DNA of 64,000 nucleotides from the human T2T-CHM13v2.0 reference genome, Homo sapiens: NCBI RefSeq assembly GCF_009914755.1, contig NC_060926.1; one strand, 5' to 3'. Of the stretch, positions 40,827 to 53,484 are shown in pieces. Position numbers and translations under genes: made by a program. The notes beneath the pieces were generated by a model. It was given only the letters and a program-made list of their open reading frames with translations. It searched no databases and was not told the origin of the DNA. The first letter of the stretch is position 1. Each line of letters opens with the position of its first letter.

Positions 40827-43800
40827 CTCTACAACAAATGCGCATCACTTCAGAGCAAGAGGTGATAACAAAGGAAAATGAAAAGTGGCTGAGGGGTAGG
40901 AAAGCAGATGAAAAGGATTACATCGGACGGGCAGAGGCAACCCCGACAGAGTAGGGCCAGCAGGGATGGGGGGCTGGGTCCCTGAGGTGCCACAGCCTGA
41001 GAGCCCACGCGGCGTGCTCAGGGTGGGAGGCGGCACAAGCCTTCTGCTACAGGGCTCGCTGCTCCAAGACAACAGGGCTGCCCGCACGGAGGAACCTGCA
41101 CATCAACGTGCTTGCGCACCCAAGTGTGCGTTCTGAATGTGAGTGAGCGCGTGGGATTGAGCATGTGTGCTCCAGGTAACTGTGAGCGTGCAAGGGCGCT
41201 GCCCTTCTCTGTGGGCGCCAACCTTCAGCGGCGTTGGCAAGGTGACGGGGGCAGGCGGTGTGTGTCCGGGAACATCTCCTGCATCTTGCTGGGTCCTTCT
41301 TCACATGAGAGGCCCGAGCCGACTGGCAAGCTTCACACCCTTGCTGCCCCTGCACAGCCAGCTTCCAGGTGGCCACCACACCCTCTCCTGCGAGAGCCTG
41401 GAGGTCCAGCTCAGCCCCCGGGCACCCAGCACACACACCTTTCAAACCCCTAGGCTTCTGGGAAGATCCAGCCTGCAAAAACAGCCTGGCCCAAGCCCTT
41501 TCATGGTCACAGGCGGTGCAGGGGATGAGGAATGGCCTCACCAGGGCATCAATCCCGTTCCTGGACCTCGCTTCCCACTGCTGAGGACTCAGCCGGTTTC
41601 CACGACCACCCAGAACCACTTGTAAATAGGGAAGAAAGGATTTCAGCTTGCTCACAGCCTCTTCCTACTCAAGATGAGACATGCCAGTCACCCCGCATGT
41701 CTGTGACCTGTGTGAAATTTGAATCACATTGTGTCCACGATGTTAAACGTAACATCAACTGTGTAATTTTGTAAGGTAAAACTCCTCATTCTTCCATTCT
41801 GTAAGTAAAGCCCCCAGCCCAGACAAGGGACAGAGACAGGCATTGGCCAACCAAATGGCATTCGGCAACCTCAAACTGGCGCTGGCAGTGAACAAGCAAA
41901 ATGAACATGATTGCCCCTCATGAGTGCCCCATGTGGATGGAAGGGTGTGCTGGGCCGCTGCCCCCCATGGCCCACCCCGAGGAAGAGTCCCCAGGCAGAA
42001 ACCGCCTGCCCCATTGCAGTGACCCCAGCAGATAGCTCTGGACTGAGGCTGCCCCAGCCTCCAGGACGGAGACCACAGCGCTGGTCTTTCCCGGCCCACC
42101 TGGGCTGGGTCATTGCAGCCTGCAGCCCACAGCCAGCCTCCCCGTCCACTGTCCCATGGCAGCGGAAGTGGCCTGGATGGCAGAGCCCCACAGGAATCGC
42201 TTGGAGTCCAGGGCAGTGGGACCTCGGGCTCTAGGCAGGTCTGCCCAGTCACACCTGTGGTCACACACAGCAAGGATTTACAGCAGCAGAGAGAGCAGAT
42301 CAGCATCCAGACATTGGGGACAGGACCTGCCGGCTCTCCTCACAGATGAAAAGCCCTGTCCACAAACACGCCCACCCACCTACAGCCCTCACAAGGGGGG
42401 TGGGACTCAATTCCAGCCAGGAGCACGGGGATAGAAGAGCTGCAGAGGTGGCAGGAGGTAGGCCCACACCCAAGGAAGGAGGGAGGAGAGGAGGGGCTGA
42501 GGCAAGACCCTACCCAGGCAGGTGCAATGCAGGCTTGCCTTCCAGCAGGGGTGCTGCTCCTGGCAGATGTGTGGGCACAGGCAAGGCAGGAGGCCTGGGT
42601 GGGCCGAGGGAGAGGGGGCACCCACCACGCCCGGCAGCAGCGTGTGCGCAGGAGGGGCAGGGAGGGCCGTCAGGGCTAGCTGCACACACCAAGCATCTCA
42701 CCTGTATCTTTCCCATGGCAAAAACTTAATTCCGAACAACCAACTTAAATGAACTTCTTGGGGATGGTGGGATAAACATAAGCAAGCTCTTGCCATGTCC
42801 TTCATCAGGGCAGCGCTGGCCTCCGAAGACTCACAGGCGGCCCATAGCACGCTGGCTGGAGGGCAGTGCCCAGGCCAGGCTGCCTGGCTGATAAAACCTG
42901 CTCCACCCACCTGCTTGCTGCCAGCGCACTTGCACCTAAATATTTAACCTCTCCGTGCTGGGTTAAATGTGGCACCTGCCCCCAAGGGTTCCTGTGAGGA
43001 CTGGAAGAGGTGGCATGGGGAGAACACTCAGAAGAGCTGGTCTGGGCTTGCCTCCGTGCGGCCTGATTGTCATCAAACCGTCACTTTTGAAAGATGTCGC
43101 CTAGAGACGCCGACTTCCTGCAGACACTAAATATCCTAAGGTAAAATCAGGCCCCCTCAAGGCTAGGGAGATACTACCTGGAGCACACCTTCCTAACGCG
43201 GTGTTCCTTGCCGCCACATGCAAGCAAAGTCCCTCTACCAGGACAAACATCTGGGCATGTACAGATTCAGGACTCTGCCCTGGGGACCTGGAGCTGTGTA
43301 CACAGGGAAAGGTGCCCCGAGAGCATCCCTGGGCCACACTGTCTGCAGATTGGGAATGCCACCAGCAGGTTAACCTATAAACATACAACCCACAGGGCTT
43401 CGGGGTGCTTCTCAGCTCAGAAAACAAACACAGTCCTTTGTTGAACTGATCTCCTCGTCATGGCGAGCCCCTCCCCTCTGGCTGTCACCTGCACAGGGCC
43501 CCTTGGCTCCCTCCCTCCCGCTGCTCAGAGCTCACTCAGGGCGGAAACGCAGAGCGGACAGATGCAGCCTAATGCAGTCTCACAGTATCTACTTGTCAGC
43601 CAGAACCCAGAGGGAAAGTGAGCTCTTTCCACCATCATTTCAAAAAGAATGAAAGCAACAACCATGGCTGCTGGGGATTAAAATTCACAGGAAGGCAAAA
43701 CTCCCAGAAACATGACTGTGGTGGAGTTTTAATGAAACCAGCAGTCACAAACAGTGACTGATTCCCTACCTGCCCCCGGCAACGCTGTGTGATCTCGGCT

Positions 43801-45264
43801 TCGCTACTTGTAGGGAGGCATTCCACCTTATTAGATTTATAACAGATTACCTGTAGAGCAAAGCCTGCAAAGTGAAAGCCATCAGGACAAACAGGATTTC
43901 AACACTCCCTGTTCATAGCACAAGCTGAGACGTCAGGCCTGTTTCTTGATCTTCAAAGAAGACACAGGGACCCTCTGCCCTCGGCATGCTCGGAAAATGC
44001 TGGAACCACAAGGGAAGATGGCCATTTCACTCTTCTTCACTCCTGCCCCACATCCTAGCATCGTGAATAGGTACTTATTCTCCATGGGAACCCTCAGTTG
44101 GCTTCTGGAGGGCAGGTGCGTCACTGGAATACCAAATTCAGGCTTCGAAAAACAGGACTTTGAGATGCGCTTATTTTTAAGTTAGCTAAAATTGTCTGCA
44201 ACTAGTCCCTCGCTAACTTTACACGTCAGACTACTCCATGGGGCAAGGGCTGTTGGGAAGCAATTTTTTGCAGACTGAAACTATAATGAGCAATTTAAAA
44301 TAAGATGACTACGACCTCATTCTTCTAAGAAAAGCAAAAACAAAACCAATCATAGCTGATCCTATTACTCTAACCAGACTTTAAGTTTACGTTAAGCGTA
44401 CACTGAACTCTGAACCAAATATAGGAGCCCCAGAATTTAGCTGCTTTGACTCTGACTTCAGAATTTAATATACAAATATTCAAGTGGTAACCCAAAAAGA
44501 TTTTCACTTTTAAAACGAAACTCTTGACTTTCTTGTGTCTCTTTTTCAACTTGCCAGGGGAACAGCCCCAGAGTGGGCAGATGCCGCGCCCGCATAAAGC
44601 GGCAGGGGCCAGGAGGAAAGGGCGGCAGAATGGACGCCACGGACGGTAAGCTGCCGCCCATGGATGGGAACACCAGGTGCAGACCAGCTGGGGTAGGGCC
44701 ACGGCATCCATGGCTCTCCAGGTGTGTGCCCACGTGCCCTATGTGTCACCTGGCCCCACTGCCCACTGCCACGTGCATGTGCCTCTGCCTAGCTTGGGAG
44801 GCAGCTCATGCTAAGCAAAGGTGTGCACGAGGTCTTCCCGTCTATTCTTAACCTTCACCCAGAGGCACCACAGAGGGACTCTGCTCCAAACCAAGAGTGT
44901 GCTCCTGCCCCCTGCCTCCCCACCGCACCCCTGTCCTGGCGCAGAGCCCTGGATCAGGCATTCGGCACAGCTCAGGTGAGCTCTAATGCTCACTGACAGC
45001 TGCCTCAGGTGACCAGAAAGCTGGGCCTGGGCAACATCTCTTCACCTTCCTCGGCCAGGTATTAAAGAGAATAAGGATCATGACCCACGCTCCCAGTGCC
45101 AGAAAACTAGGTTCTTTCCATGTTAGTTCCTCCCTGAAAGGAAGAGTCACACTATCAACTAAACAGCTCTGAAAACTCTCTCCTATCCACTGTGCTCTCC
45201 ATAGCACAAGTCACATGGACACACACACACACACAAGCACACGAAAAAGAGGCCAGCCTTGCTA

Positions 45265-45268
<4 letters not shown>

Positions 45269-45297
<29 letters not shown>
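45269..45297. repeat. A29 homopolymer next to a short (CA)n run
   Basis: Counted directly; no adjoining Alu body. Confidence 0.95.
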
Positions 45298-45299
<2 letters not shown>

Positions 45300-45465
45300 C
45301 ATGCCACTAAAACAGTGTGTAAATGATTTTTACTCTTCATGCATTCGACTGGGAATAGGCTGAAGTTAGGGAAGAAAAGGCACGCCTTACACCAGTGCAG
45401 GGAGAGAGGGTAAGCCTTGCAGGAGGGCGATGTGCAACCTACATACAAAAGGTGCCCTGTACCTG

Positions 45466-46735
45466 CCCTGGAGGCTGTGCCCTATGGGGGGGTCCCTAAG
45501 TGTCTGTCCTGGAGGATGTGTCCTATGGTGGTGGGGGGGTCCCTCAGTGTCTGTCTTGGAGGCTGTGCCCTATGAGGGGGGGTCCCCCAGTGTCTGTCCT
45601 GGAGGCTGTGCCCTATGGGGGGGTCCCTCAGTGTCTGTCCTGGAGGCTGTGCCCTATGAGAGGGGGTCCCTCAGTGTCTGTCCTGGAGGCTGTGCCCTAT
45701 GGGGGGGGGTCCCCCAGTGTCTGTCCTGGAGGCTGTGCCCTATGGGGTGGTCCCTCAGTGTCTGTCCTGGAGGCTGTGCCCTATCGGGGGGGGTCCCTCA
45801 GTGTCTGTCCTGGAGGCTGTGCCCTATGATGGGGGGTCCCTCAGTGTCTGTCCTGGAGGTTGTACCCTATGGGGGAGGTCCCTCAGTGTCTGTCCCGGAG
45901 GATGTGTCCTATGGGGGGGTCCCTCAGTGTCTGTCCTGGAGACTGTGTCCTATGGTGGGGGGTCCCTCAGTGTCTGCCCTGGAGGATGTGTCCTATGGGG
46001 GGGTCCCTCAGTGTCTGCCCTGGAGGATGTATCCTATGGGGGGGTCCCTCAGTGTCTGTCCTGGAGACTGTGTCCTATGGTGGGGGGTCCCTCAGTGTCT
46101 GCCCTGGAGGATGTGTCCTATGGGGGGGGTCCCTTGGTGTCTATCATGGAGGGCTATCCCTCAGTGTCTGCCCTGGAGGGCTGTGCCCTATGGGGGGGTC
46201 CCTCAGTGCCTGCCCTGGAGGCTGTGCCCTATGGGTGGGTCCCTCGGTGACTACCCTGGAGGCTGTGCCCTATGGGTGGGTCCCTCGGTGACTACCCTGG
46301 AGGCTGTGCCCTATGGGAGGAGTGCCCAGTGTCTTCTGGGGAGAGGTGCACCCCATGGGGTGCCTGTATCCCCCATGGGGGTTGCCCTGTATCTCCTGGG
46401 AAGAGTTGTGCCCTATAGGGGTGCCTCGGTGTCTTCTGGGGAGAGGAATGCCCTAAAGGGGGTGCCCTGTATCTCCTGGGGAGAGGTCTGCCCTATGAAG
46501 GGTGCCCCGTGTCTCGTGGGGAGACATGTGCCCTGCAGGGGGTGCCCCACGCCTCCTGGGGAGAGGTGTACCCTAACTGCTGGGGAAAGGTGTGCCCTGT
46601 GGGGGTGTCCCGTGCCTCCTGGGGAGAGATGCACCCTGCAGGGGGTGCCCCGTGTTTCCTAGGGAGAGGTGCACAGTGTGGGGGGTGCCCTGTGCCTCCT
46701 GGGGAGAGATGCACCCTGAGGTGGGTGCCGGGGCC
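45466..46735. repeat. About 41-bp G-run minisatellite (about 20 copies, to about 46320) grading into a diverged 39-bp array
   Basis: Unit cctggaggctgtgccctatg(G)nttccctcagtgtctgt-like, followed by cctggggagaggtgcaccctg...ggggtgccc units. Confidence 0.95.
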
Positions 46736-46905
46736 CAGTCTTGTGCTTGGGGTCTCCCACATGCCCCTGCTCCATCACTCACCAGCCTGGAGCATGCTCT
46801 AGCCATGGCTTCGTGGCCTGTCCTTGGACCCTCTCTGGGTATCCATGTTTGTGTCCTGCCTCTCCATATTCTTCTGGGAGGCATTGATCAGAAATGCAAG
46901 AGAGA

Positions 46906-47213
46906 GGCCGGGCGCAGTGGCTCACGCCTGTAAACCTGACACTTTGGGAGGCTGATACAGGCAGATCACTTAAGGCCAGGAGTTCGAGCCTAGCCTGGCC
47001 AACATGGGAAAAACCCATCTCTACCAAAAATACAAAAATTAGCAGCAGGGTGTGGTGGTGCATGCTGGTAATCCCAGCCACTCAGGTGGCTGAGGCATGA
47101 GCATCGCTTGAACCTGGGAGGCGAAGATTGAAGTGAACTGAGATGGCACCAATGCACTCCAGCCTGTGCAACAGTTGAGCGAGACTGCCTCAAAAAACAA
47201 ACAAACAAAAACA
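46906..47213 (+). mobile_element. Alu (S/J-type), antisense to HDAC4
   Basis: Full dimer; TSD agaaatgcaagagaga / agaagtgcaagagaga. Confidence 0.95.
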
Positions 47214-49739
47214 CAGAAGTGCAAGAGAGAACTTCCACGCTTACCTGGGATCCGCTTCTTGGTGGAAAAGCACCATCCGAGAAGGAGAGGCAAGGCTGTG
47301 TCTAAACCACCACAAACAGCCAGGAAACCGGAAAGTCCAAGGGGACCACGAGCATTAAAATTCTCCTAAAAGATCCTATTTACCCAACATTAATAATTTA
47401 AGTTATATTTTAAAAATGACTCCCTTTTCAATTATAAAACTCTATTCAAATTCACTGATGATTTAATGACACTAATTAGATTTTGTGTTCAAGAAATCTG
47501 TCTGACAAACACTATTGCCAAATGTCACTAACAAACAATATGATGGCTTATAAAGAGAGTTTAAATCATCCAAACAAAAGCCTCCTAATGTAATGAAACC
47601 ACTATGTAGTTCAAATGGCTTTTATAATCTCTATTTTAATGAAGAAATAAATGATTAAAATGCAAAGAGAAAGGCAACCTTGAACTTCTTTCTGTGCTTT
47701 TGAGACCCTGGCCCAGAGACTGGCTCCAGAGCCATGGTTCTAAGGTCTCTGGCCATCTCTCAGAGGGTGATGGGGTGGGCTTTCCCAGGGACCCCTCCAG
47801 GAATGAGGAGCATGGCCTGAAGGCCTGGCCTGTAGGAGCGACGTGAGGACTGGGGTCGGGGTGCTCTCTTCCAAGCAGTGAAGCCAGCTCCTGGGGCACC
47901 AGAAGAGGAGAGGCAGAGGGGTTCTGGAGGTGAGACCTGGCCTCACCCTGAGATGGCAGCACTGACCCCAACTCAAGTGTCTTCTTTATGTCTTCTGGCC
48001 TCCTAGGACTACCTTGAGGAGCCCCAGTCAAACACACGGGGCTTAGGCTTACTTCTCAGCTTCTCATCTACGTCGTCTTCTTGTAAAAGCTACAAATTCA
48101 ACCAGCACGGAATGAGACATCAGCAATCCCATCTCTTTAACCTCGCTCTGCACCGACAGCCATGGCGGCTTCGGGGTGGGGTCCTAATCATGCACTGTGA
48201 ATGCTCCAGGTGGATCAACGGCAAGGACTGCAGGGCTCACCAGGGTGCAGTGACAACAGGAAAAATGGAATTCAGCAGGAGCCCCTGAGGCCATCCTCAG
48301 CCAGCATCTGTGTTGGCCTGCAGGAACGCAGGGAAGCCGGAGTGAGTGAGTGGTCCTCATGTCCCCGAGGCAGGCGGGACCAATGGCCGACGGGGACTTC
48401 TGAGAGGCACAGGGCAGTGCCTGGGTCAAGACTGCTGTCAGGGAGTCCTCGGGCTTGATGTGGGGTTGCCAACATGCAGAATACGAAGGAGCTACGGTAC
48501 TCATTTTAAAAAATTACTTCTAGGAGTCATAGAATGTGAGCCTATGGTGCAAAAACTAAATAAAACGAGTGGCCTCTTGAGGGCTGCTCTTCGCAGATCA
48601 TGGAAAGGCTGGTGAGCTGAAGCCCTGGGCAGGCTGCAGGGATTGCCTGCAGTGACTCCCCCGGACCCGCGCCTTCTGCCTGGCATGCACCTGTTTCCTG
48701 CAGCCAGCTTGAAAACTCTTCTCCCAGGCCAGAAAAACAGAGGCCAGCTGCAGTTGCCCATGGTCAGGGCCGTGAGGGAGGCAAGACTGGCCTGTCCACT
48801 GCACCGAGTGGTGCCATCAGTAAAGTGAAGACTGTGTCCTCTCTCATGTCCCACCTGCCAGGAGTGTCAGGATCACAGGGATCCCAAAGGGTATGGTGCT
48901 TGTGGAGCTCTCAACTGCCCCACCCTAAACTCGAGTGTGCTTGTTAAAGTGGACAGGGTGCCAGTGGAGGCTGGTGGGCCAATCTCCACAGGGACAAGTG
49001 ACGTGTTTGTTACACACGGCTGCTAGGTCGCTCTGAAATCTGAAGGCAAAAACGATAAAGCATGGACTTCAAGAGCTCAGGAAAGTGTCCTCTCCTTGGT
49101 TTGTCAAACACTGACATTAGCAGGCCCATGCATCTGGGAAAAAGCAGCAGCAACAACTCCCAAGCCAACAAATGCCAAGGCAACGGTGCCAAGTCCAAAG
49201 ACCCAGAGCCCGCAAGCAGCCCCTCAGGGTCCAGCCAGAAACCTCCCAGCCCCCGTTCCCTCAAGGCCAGAGGGGGCCGAGTACAGAGCTCTCCGGGCTC
49301 ACCTTTGAAGCACAGGCACTCACAGAATGGTTTGGCACCCATGAGAGGGGACATGGAGCTGTCCCTGAGCCTGTCCTCCAGGGCCAGCCCAGCTTTGGGA
49401 TGCAGCCTCCCCCACAATCTGCCACTAAGTCTACAGACAACTGATACTACTTTACCTCCATTTCTCGACAGTGATTATGAAATAAAGACACTGAACAAAG
49501 TGTCTTACATATAAAGGAAGGGAAACTGGGATCCTGTGGTCAAGAGAATTATCAGCTAGGGCAGAAACAGAGGGATGCACCCCTAAGCTACTCTGCACAC
49601 TAGGTGGGCACACTAATATCTGTGTGTGGGCTAATGCCAGGTAGCCAAGACCTCAGGTGAACAACTTCTACCCATGGACCACGTGAGCATCTCAGAAGCA
49701 CCAGGTTGCATACGGTCATAGGCTTTTGATGCCCTACAT

Positions 49740-50344
49740 CTGTGCTGTCCAACAGTTGCCACGAACCACGTGTGGCTCGAAATGCGGCTGGCCTGAATGG
49801 AGACATGCCCTACGTGCGACCCAGTGGCTTGCCAAGACTTAGCATGAACAACAACAGCAGCAGTGTTGGTGGCGGCCTGCCACTTCCCAGATCAGGGCAC
49901 GAGAGACCCTGTGGCTTCCATGTTGGCCATGCTTCCTCTCGGGTTGCTCCCTCTGGGAAGCTGGCTGCTATGCTGTGAGCAGCCCTGTGGATGAGGACCT
50001 CAGGCCTCCTGCCTGCGGCCATGTGAGTGAGCCTGAATGGAGCTCCTCCCGCCTCAGTCCAGTCAACCCTGCAGATGAGACCACAGCCCTGCCTGACATC
50101 TTAATAACAACATAATGGGAGACCCCATCAGCGAAGCTGCTCCAGGATTCCTGACCCACAGAGCAAGACAATACAAACTTGCTATTTTAAACTGCTAAGT
50201 GTTGGGGTAATTTTGTTACACAGATATAGATAACTTAATCTGGTTTTGTGGGATTTTTCACTTTGTTTACTGTGACCACTAGAATATTTAAAATTACTGG
50301 TGGAATTTTAATATACTCATGTATATTTCTATTAGACGGTGTTG
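49740..50344 (-). mobile_element. MER33 split by an inserted LTR
   Basis: Termini ctgtgctgtccaa and ctattagacggtgttg; 6/8 TSD ccctacat / ctctaaat. Confidence 0.75.
49865..50238 (+). mobile_element. MLT1F-like (ERVL-MaLR) LTR fragment
   Basis: ggcctcctgcc...ccatgtgagtgagcc...ttcctgacccacag...ttttaaactgctaagtgttggggtaattttgttacacag. Confidence 0.8.
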
Positions 50345-50932
50345 CTCTAAATGGTTCTAAATGCAGTGACAGCATATTATAATCACAGATATCATAACTA
50401 GCCTGCCAACTATATAACTTTGCTACATATCACTAGTACATATTTCCAATTGATTTAATTTTAAAATCTGGTATCAGATTAAATATTTGTAGACAGTAAG
50501 TACCAAAAAAAGTCTTTTTTTTCTTACCGCATTTAAATTAAAAGAAAATATTATCTTTTTCTAATTATAAAAGGTTAGTAGAGAAAATAGAAAATATAGA
50601 AAAGTCCTAAGGAAAAGAAAACACAGATTTGTCAATACACCTCCCAGCAACGATCATTAAGGTTCTGGTGCTTCTTCCCTTTGGTAGCTTTTCTATTTCT
50701 GAGCATGTTTCGGATGAAATTAGGCGATAAGCATTTTTCCTATTTGGAATATGCTTCCACTCAATGACTTTGGACCGCCGTTCCCACTCAGCACCACGTC
50801 CTCCACAATACACGCAAGTGCTGCCCGCGGTTTGTTGCCTGGTGTTACCGTCCCAACGCAGAAGGCCTCCTGCAGGAACCCTGCATCATGCCTGGGGCCC
50901 CAGCACACTCCGCGGAGGCAGGGCTGGAGTCA

Positions 50933-51262
<330 letters not shown>

Positions 51263-51567
51263 TCACTGCCGCCCTTTGCTGTCCCTGGGCCCCAGAGCCC
51301 CCACCCAACACACTGGCCACCTTCACGGGGCGGGGGGGGGGTTGTGACCATTTGAGGATTGGATACCCCTCTCCCCCTGTCCCCCTCTTGCCCAACAAAC
51401 TCAAAATGCAAGACTCAGAGGCCTCTGGGGCCCATTCCTCAAGGGCAAAAACCACAAAAGCCCATGGGAGGTCAGGCCAGGACGCACTCCACAATCCCTG
51501 TTCCTTCCTCCACCCTCCCCGGGAGGCCGGCTCTCAGAGGACCCCGCTACAGGCCCAGAGGCCTTGC

Positions 51568-51575
51568 TGACGTCA
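51568..51575. promoter_or_regulatory. Perfect CRE palindrome TGACGTCA (second copy at 56945-56952)
   Basis: Motif only. CCAAT lies at about 51586 and a GC box at about 51327. Function unproven. Confidence 0.3.
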
Positions 51576-53310
51576 TTTCTAGAGGCCAATAATGAGAAAA
51601 ATAAAGAAAAAGGTTGTGGCTGTTCAAGGAAAAGCGCGGGCGCCAGGTCTCAGCCAGGAAGACTGCCTGTCCTGCTCCTCTTCCTCCTCTTCCATCGAAG
51701 TCACCGTGCCGCTGTGAGAGCCACAAGAGCGTGTGCCCCAGAAGTGGTCCAGACAGACGCTCGAGACCCGGAGCCCGTTTCCATGGTGAGACAAGCGCCC
51801 CCTTGGAAAACATGTTTACCAGACACAGCCAACGAGACGTGCTCCTGGCTCTTGGCACAAGTGCGTTCCTCTGGGCATGCGTTTCTGCACCTCGCGAAGA
51901 AATGGATTTTCTGCCCTGTACTAATGTGCTATTGAGAAAAGGCTACAAGTAATTTTGATGAGGAACAGAAGCTGAATCAATTTCATTCCTTACAATCAAT
52001 ACCAAATGAAAGTGAGAAAAGTAACACAGGAAGAAGGGTAGGTTTAAATTACAGATATCACAAACAGCCCGACCTGCGCACCCCTTTTACGGCAGGTCCC
52101 TATTCTGAAAGCATGCAGTGTGTGCAGGCACTCACTCTGAGCCAGCACTGCTCCTGGCACAGCCCAGGGACATCCCAGCGTCACTTCTCAGACACGCGAC
52201 TCTGCCGAAAACTTCACTGAGAGTCCAAGTGAGAGCCCAGCCTGCCTGCTCCCCTCCCACAGGCCCACCCCTCAGAAAGCTCCCCATAACCAACACTCAT
52301 GTGACCTGGGCCAAGTGGGGAGGTGGGGCCTTGCCCTCTAGGAGGGTCTCAAGCTCAGAGGGGTGTCTGGGCCAACAAGAGGGCTGCTGAGAAAACAGCT
52401 CCTCGCCCCTCAGGGTCAGCACCTTTGGGCGTGACCTTGTCCAGGTGCATCCCTGAGAGCAGCCCACCCACGTTCACCCTGACACTCAGCCCGTCTCTGG
52501 ACTGGCCTAAGACCAGGCCTTGTCAGCAACTCAGTTCCTAGGAAAACCTGCACTCCACAGTCTCAAAGCCACCGATTTGGGTGAAACAGCCCATAGGTGG
52601 CAGCTGCCCCTGGGTGCAAAGCATTTCCACAGTCACTGCCCAGGCAGCAGGTCCCACACTGGTTTTGTCTCCAAACCACTGGAGGTCCTGGTCCCAGGAC
52701 TCAGCCTTCTCCTGAGAAAAGGGTGGGAAATGCTTTGGGGGAGGCCTGGGCACTGGCCGGAGCTTGGGGTTCTGATCCCTGGGTTGCCGCTTAGCCGTGG
52801 GAGCTGCAGTCACCTGAGCTCCTGGCGCCCAGGGCGAGGGGTGCTCTCAGCTTCCCTGGCTGACTTCACTGTCTCCTCACCCCTCCCCTGCCCCACCGCA
52901 GTCAATCATGCTCCTAACCTGGCCCTGCTGGCTGCCCTGGCTGGACTGGCTTGAACCTGAGGAGTGCCCAGGCCTCAGGCCACGAAGACCAGCTCAGGCC
53001 ACTTTCCTGGACAGTGAAAAGACACAAAGCAACCCAGAAGGTGACAGAAGCTTCTGAATATATCTGATCACATTCCACAGCGCAGCACGGGCTGCCTCGT
53101 TGTTATTGTTGTTTTTTAAATGAAATCCTCCTCTCTGACTGTTTCTGTTTCTTTCCCCAAATCAGTGAAGTGCAACCCCCAACTTTTAAAATGCATGTAT
53201 TTAGTTTTTAATTGGGTGTCGACTTTGACACAGTAAAAGGTTTTCATTTGCTATTATGTGAGAAGAATCTACGCACATAAACTGCGTGTTCAATGTGCGG
53301 AAGCAGGGAG

Positions 53311-53484
53311 TAGGGGTCCGCCCACCCCCCACCCCGCACATGGGTGAGGACTGTTCCATGTGCAGGAGCAGAAAGCAGGGGTCCACCCACCCCCCACCCC
53401 ACACATAGGTGAGGACTGTTCCATGTGCAGGAGCAGAAAGCAGGGGTCCACCCACTCCCCCACCCCATATGTGGGTGAGGACTG
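53311..53484. repeat. 64-65-bp repeat, about 2.7 copies, with C-runs (G4-prone on the minus strand)
   Basis: aggggtcc at 53313, 53377 and 53442. Confidence 0.9.

Noticed and set aside
45430-46662. 410-aa plus-strand ORF
   Set aside because: Translation of a stop-poor minisatellite, antisense to HDAC4; the repeated peptides swap frame with G-run length.
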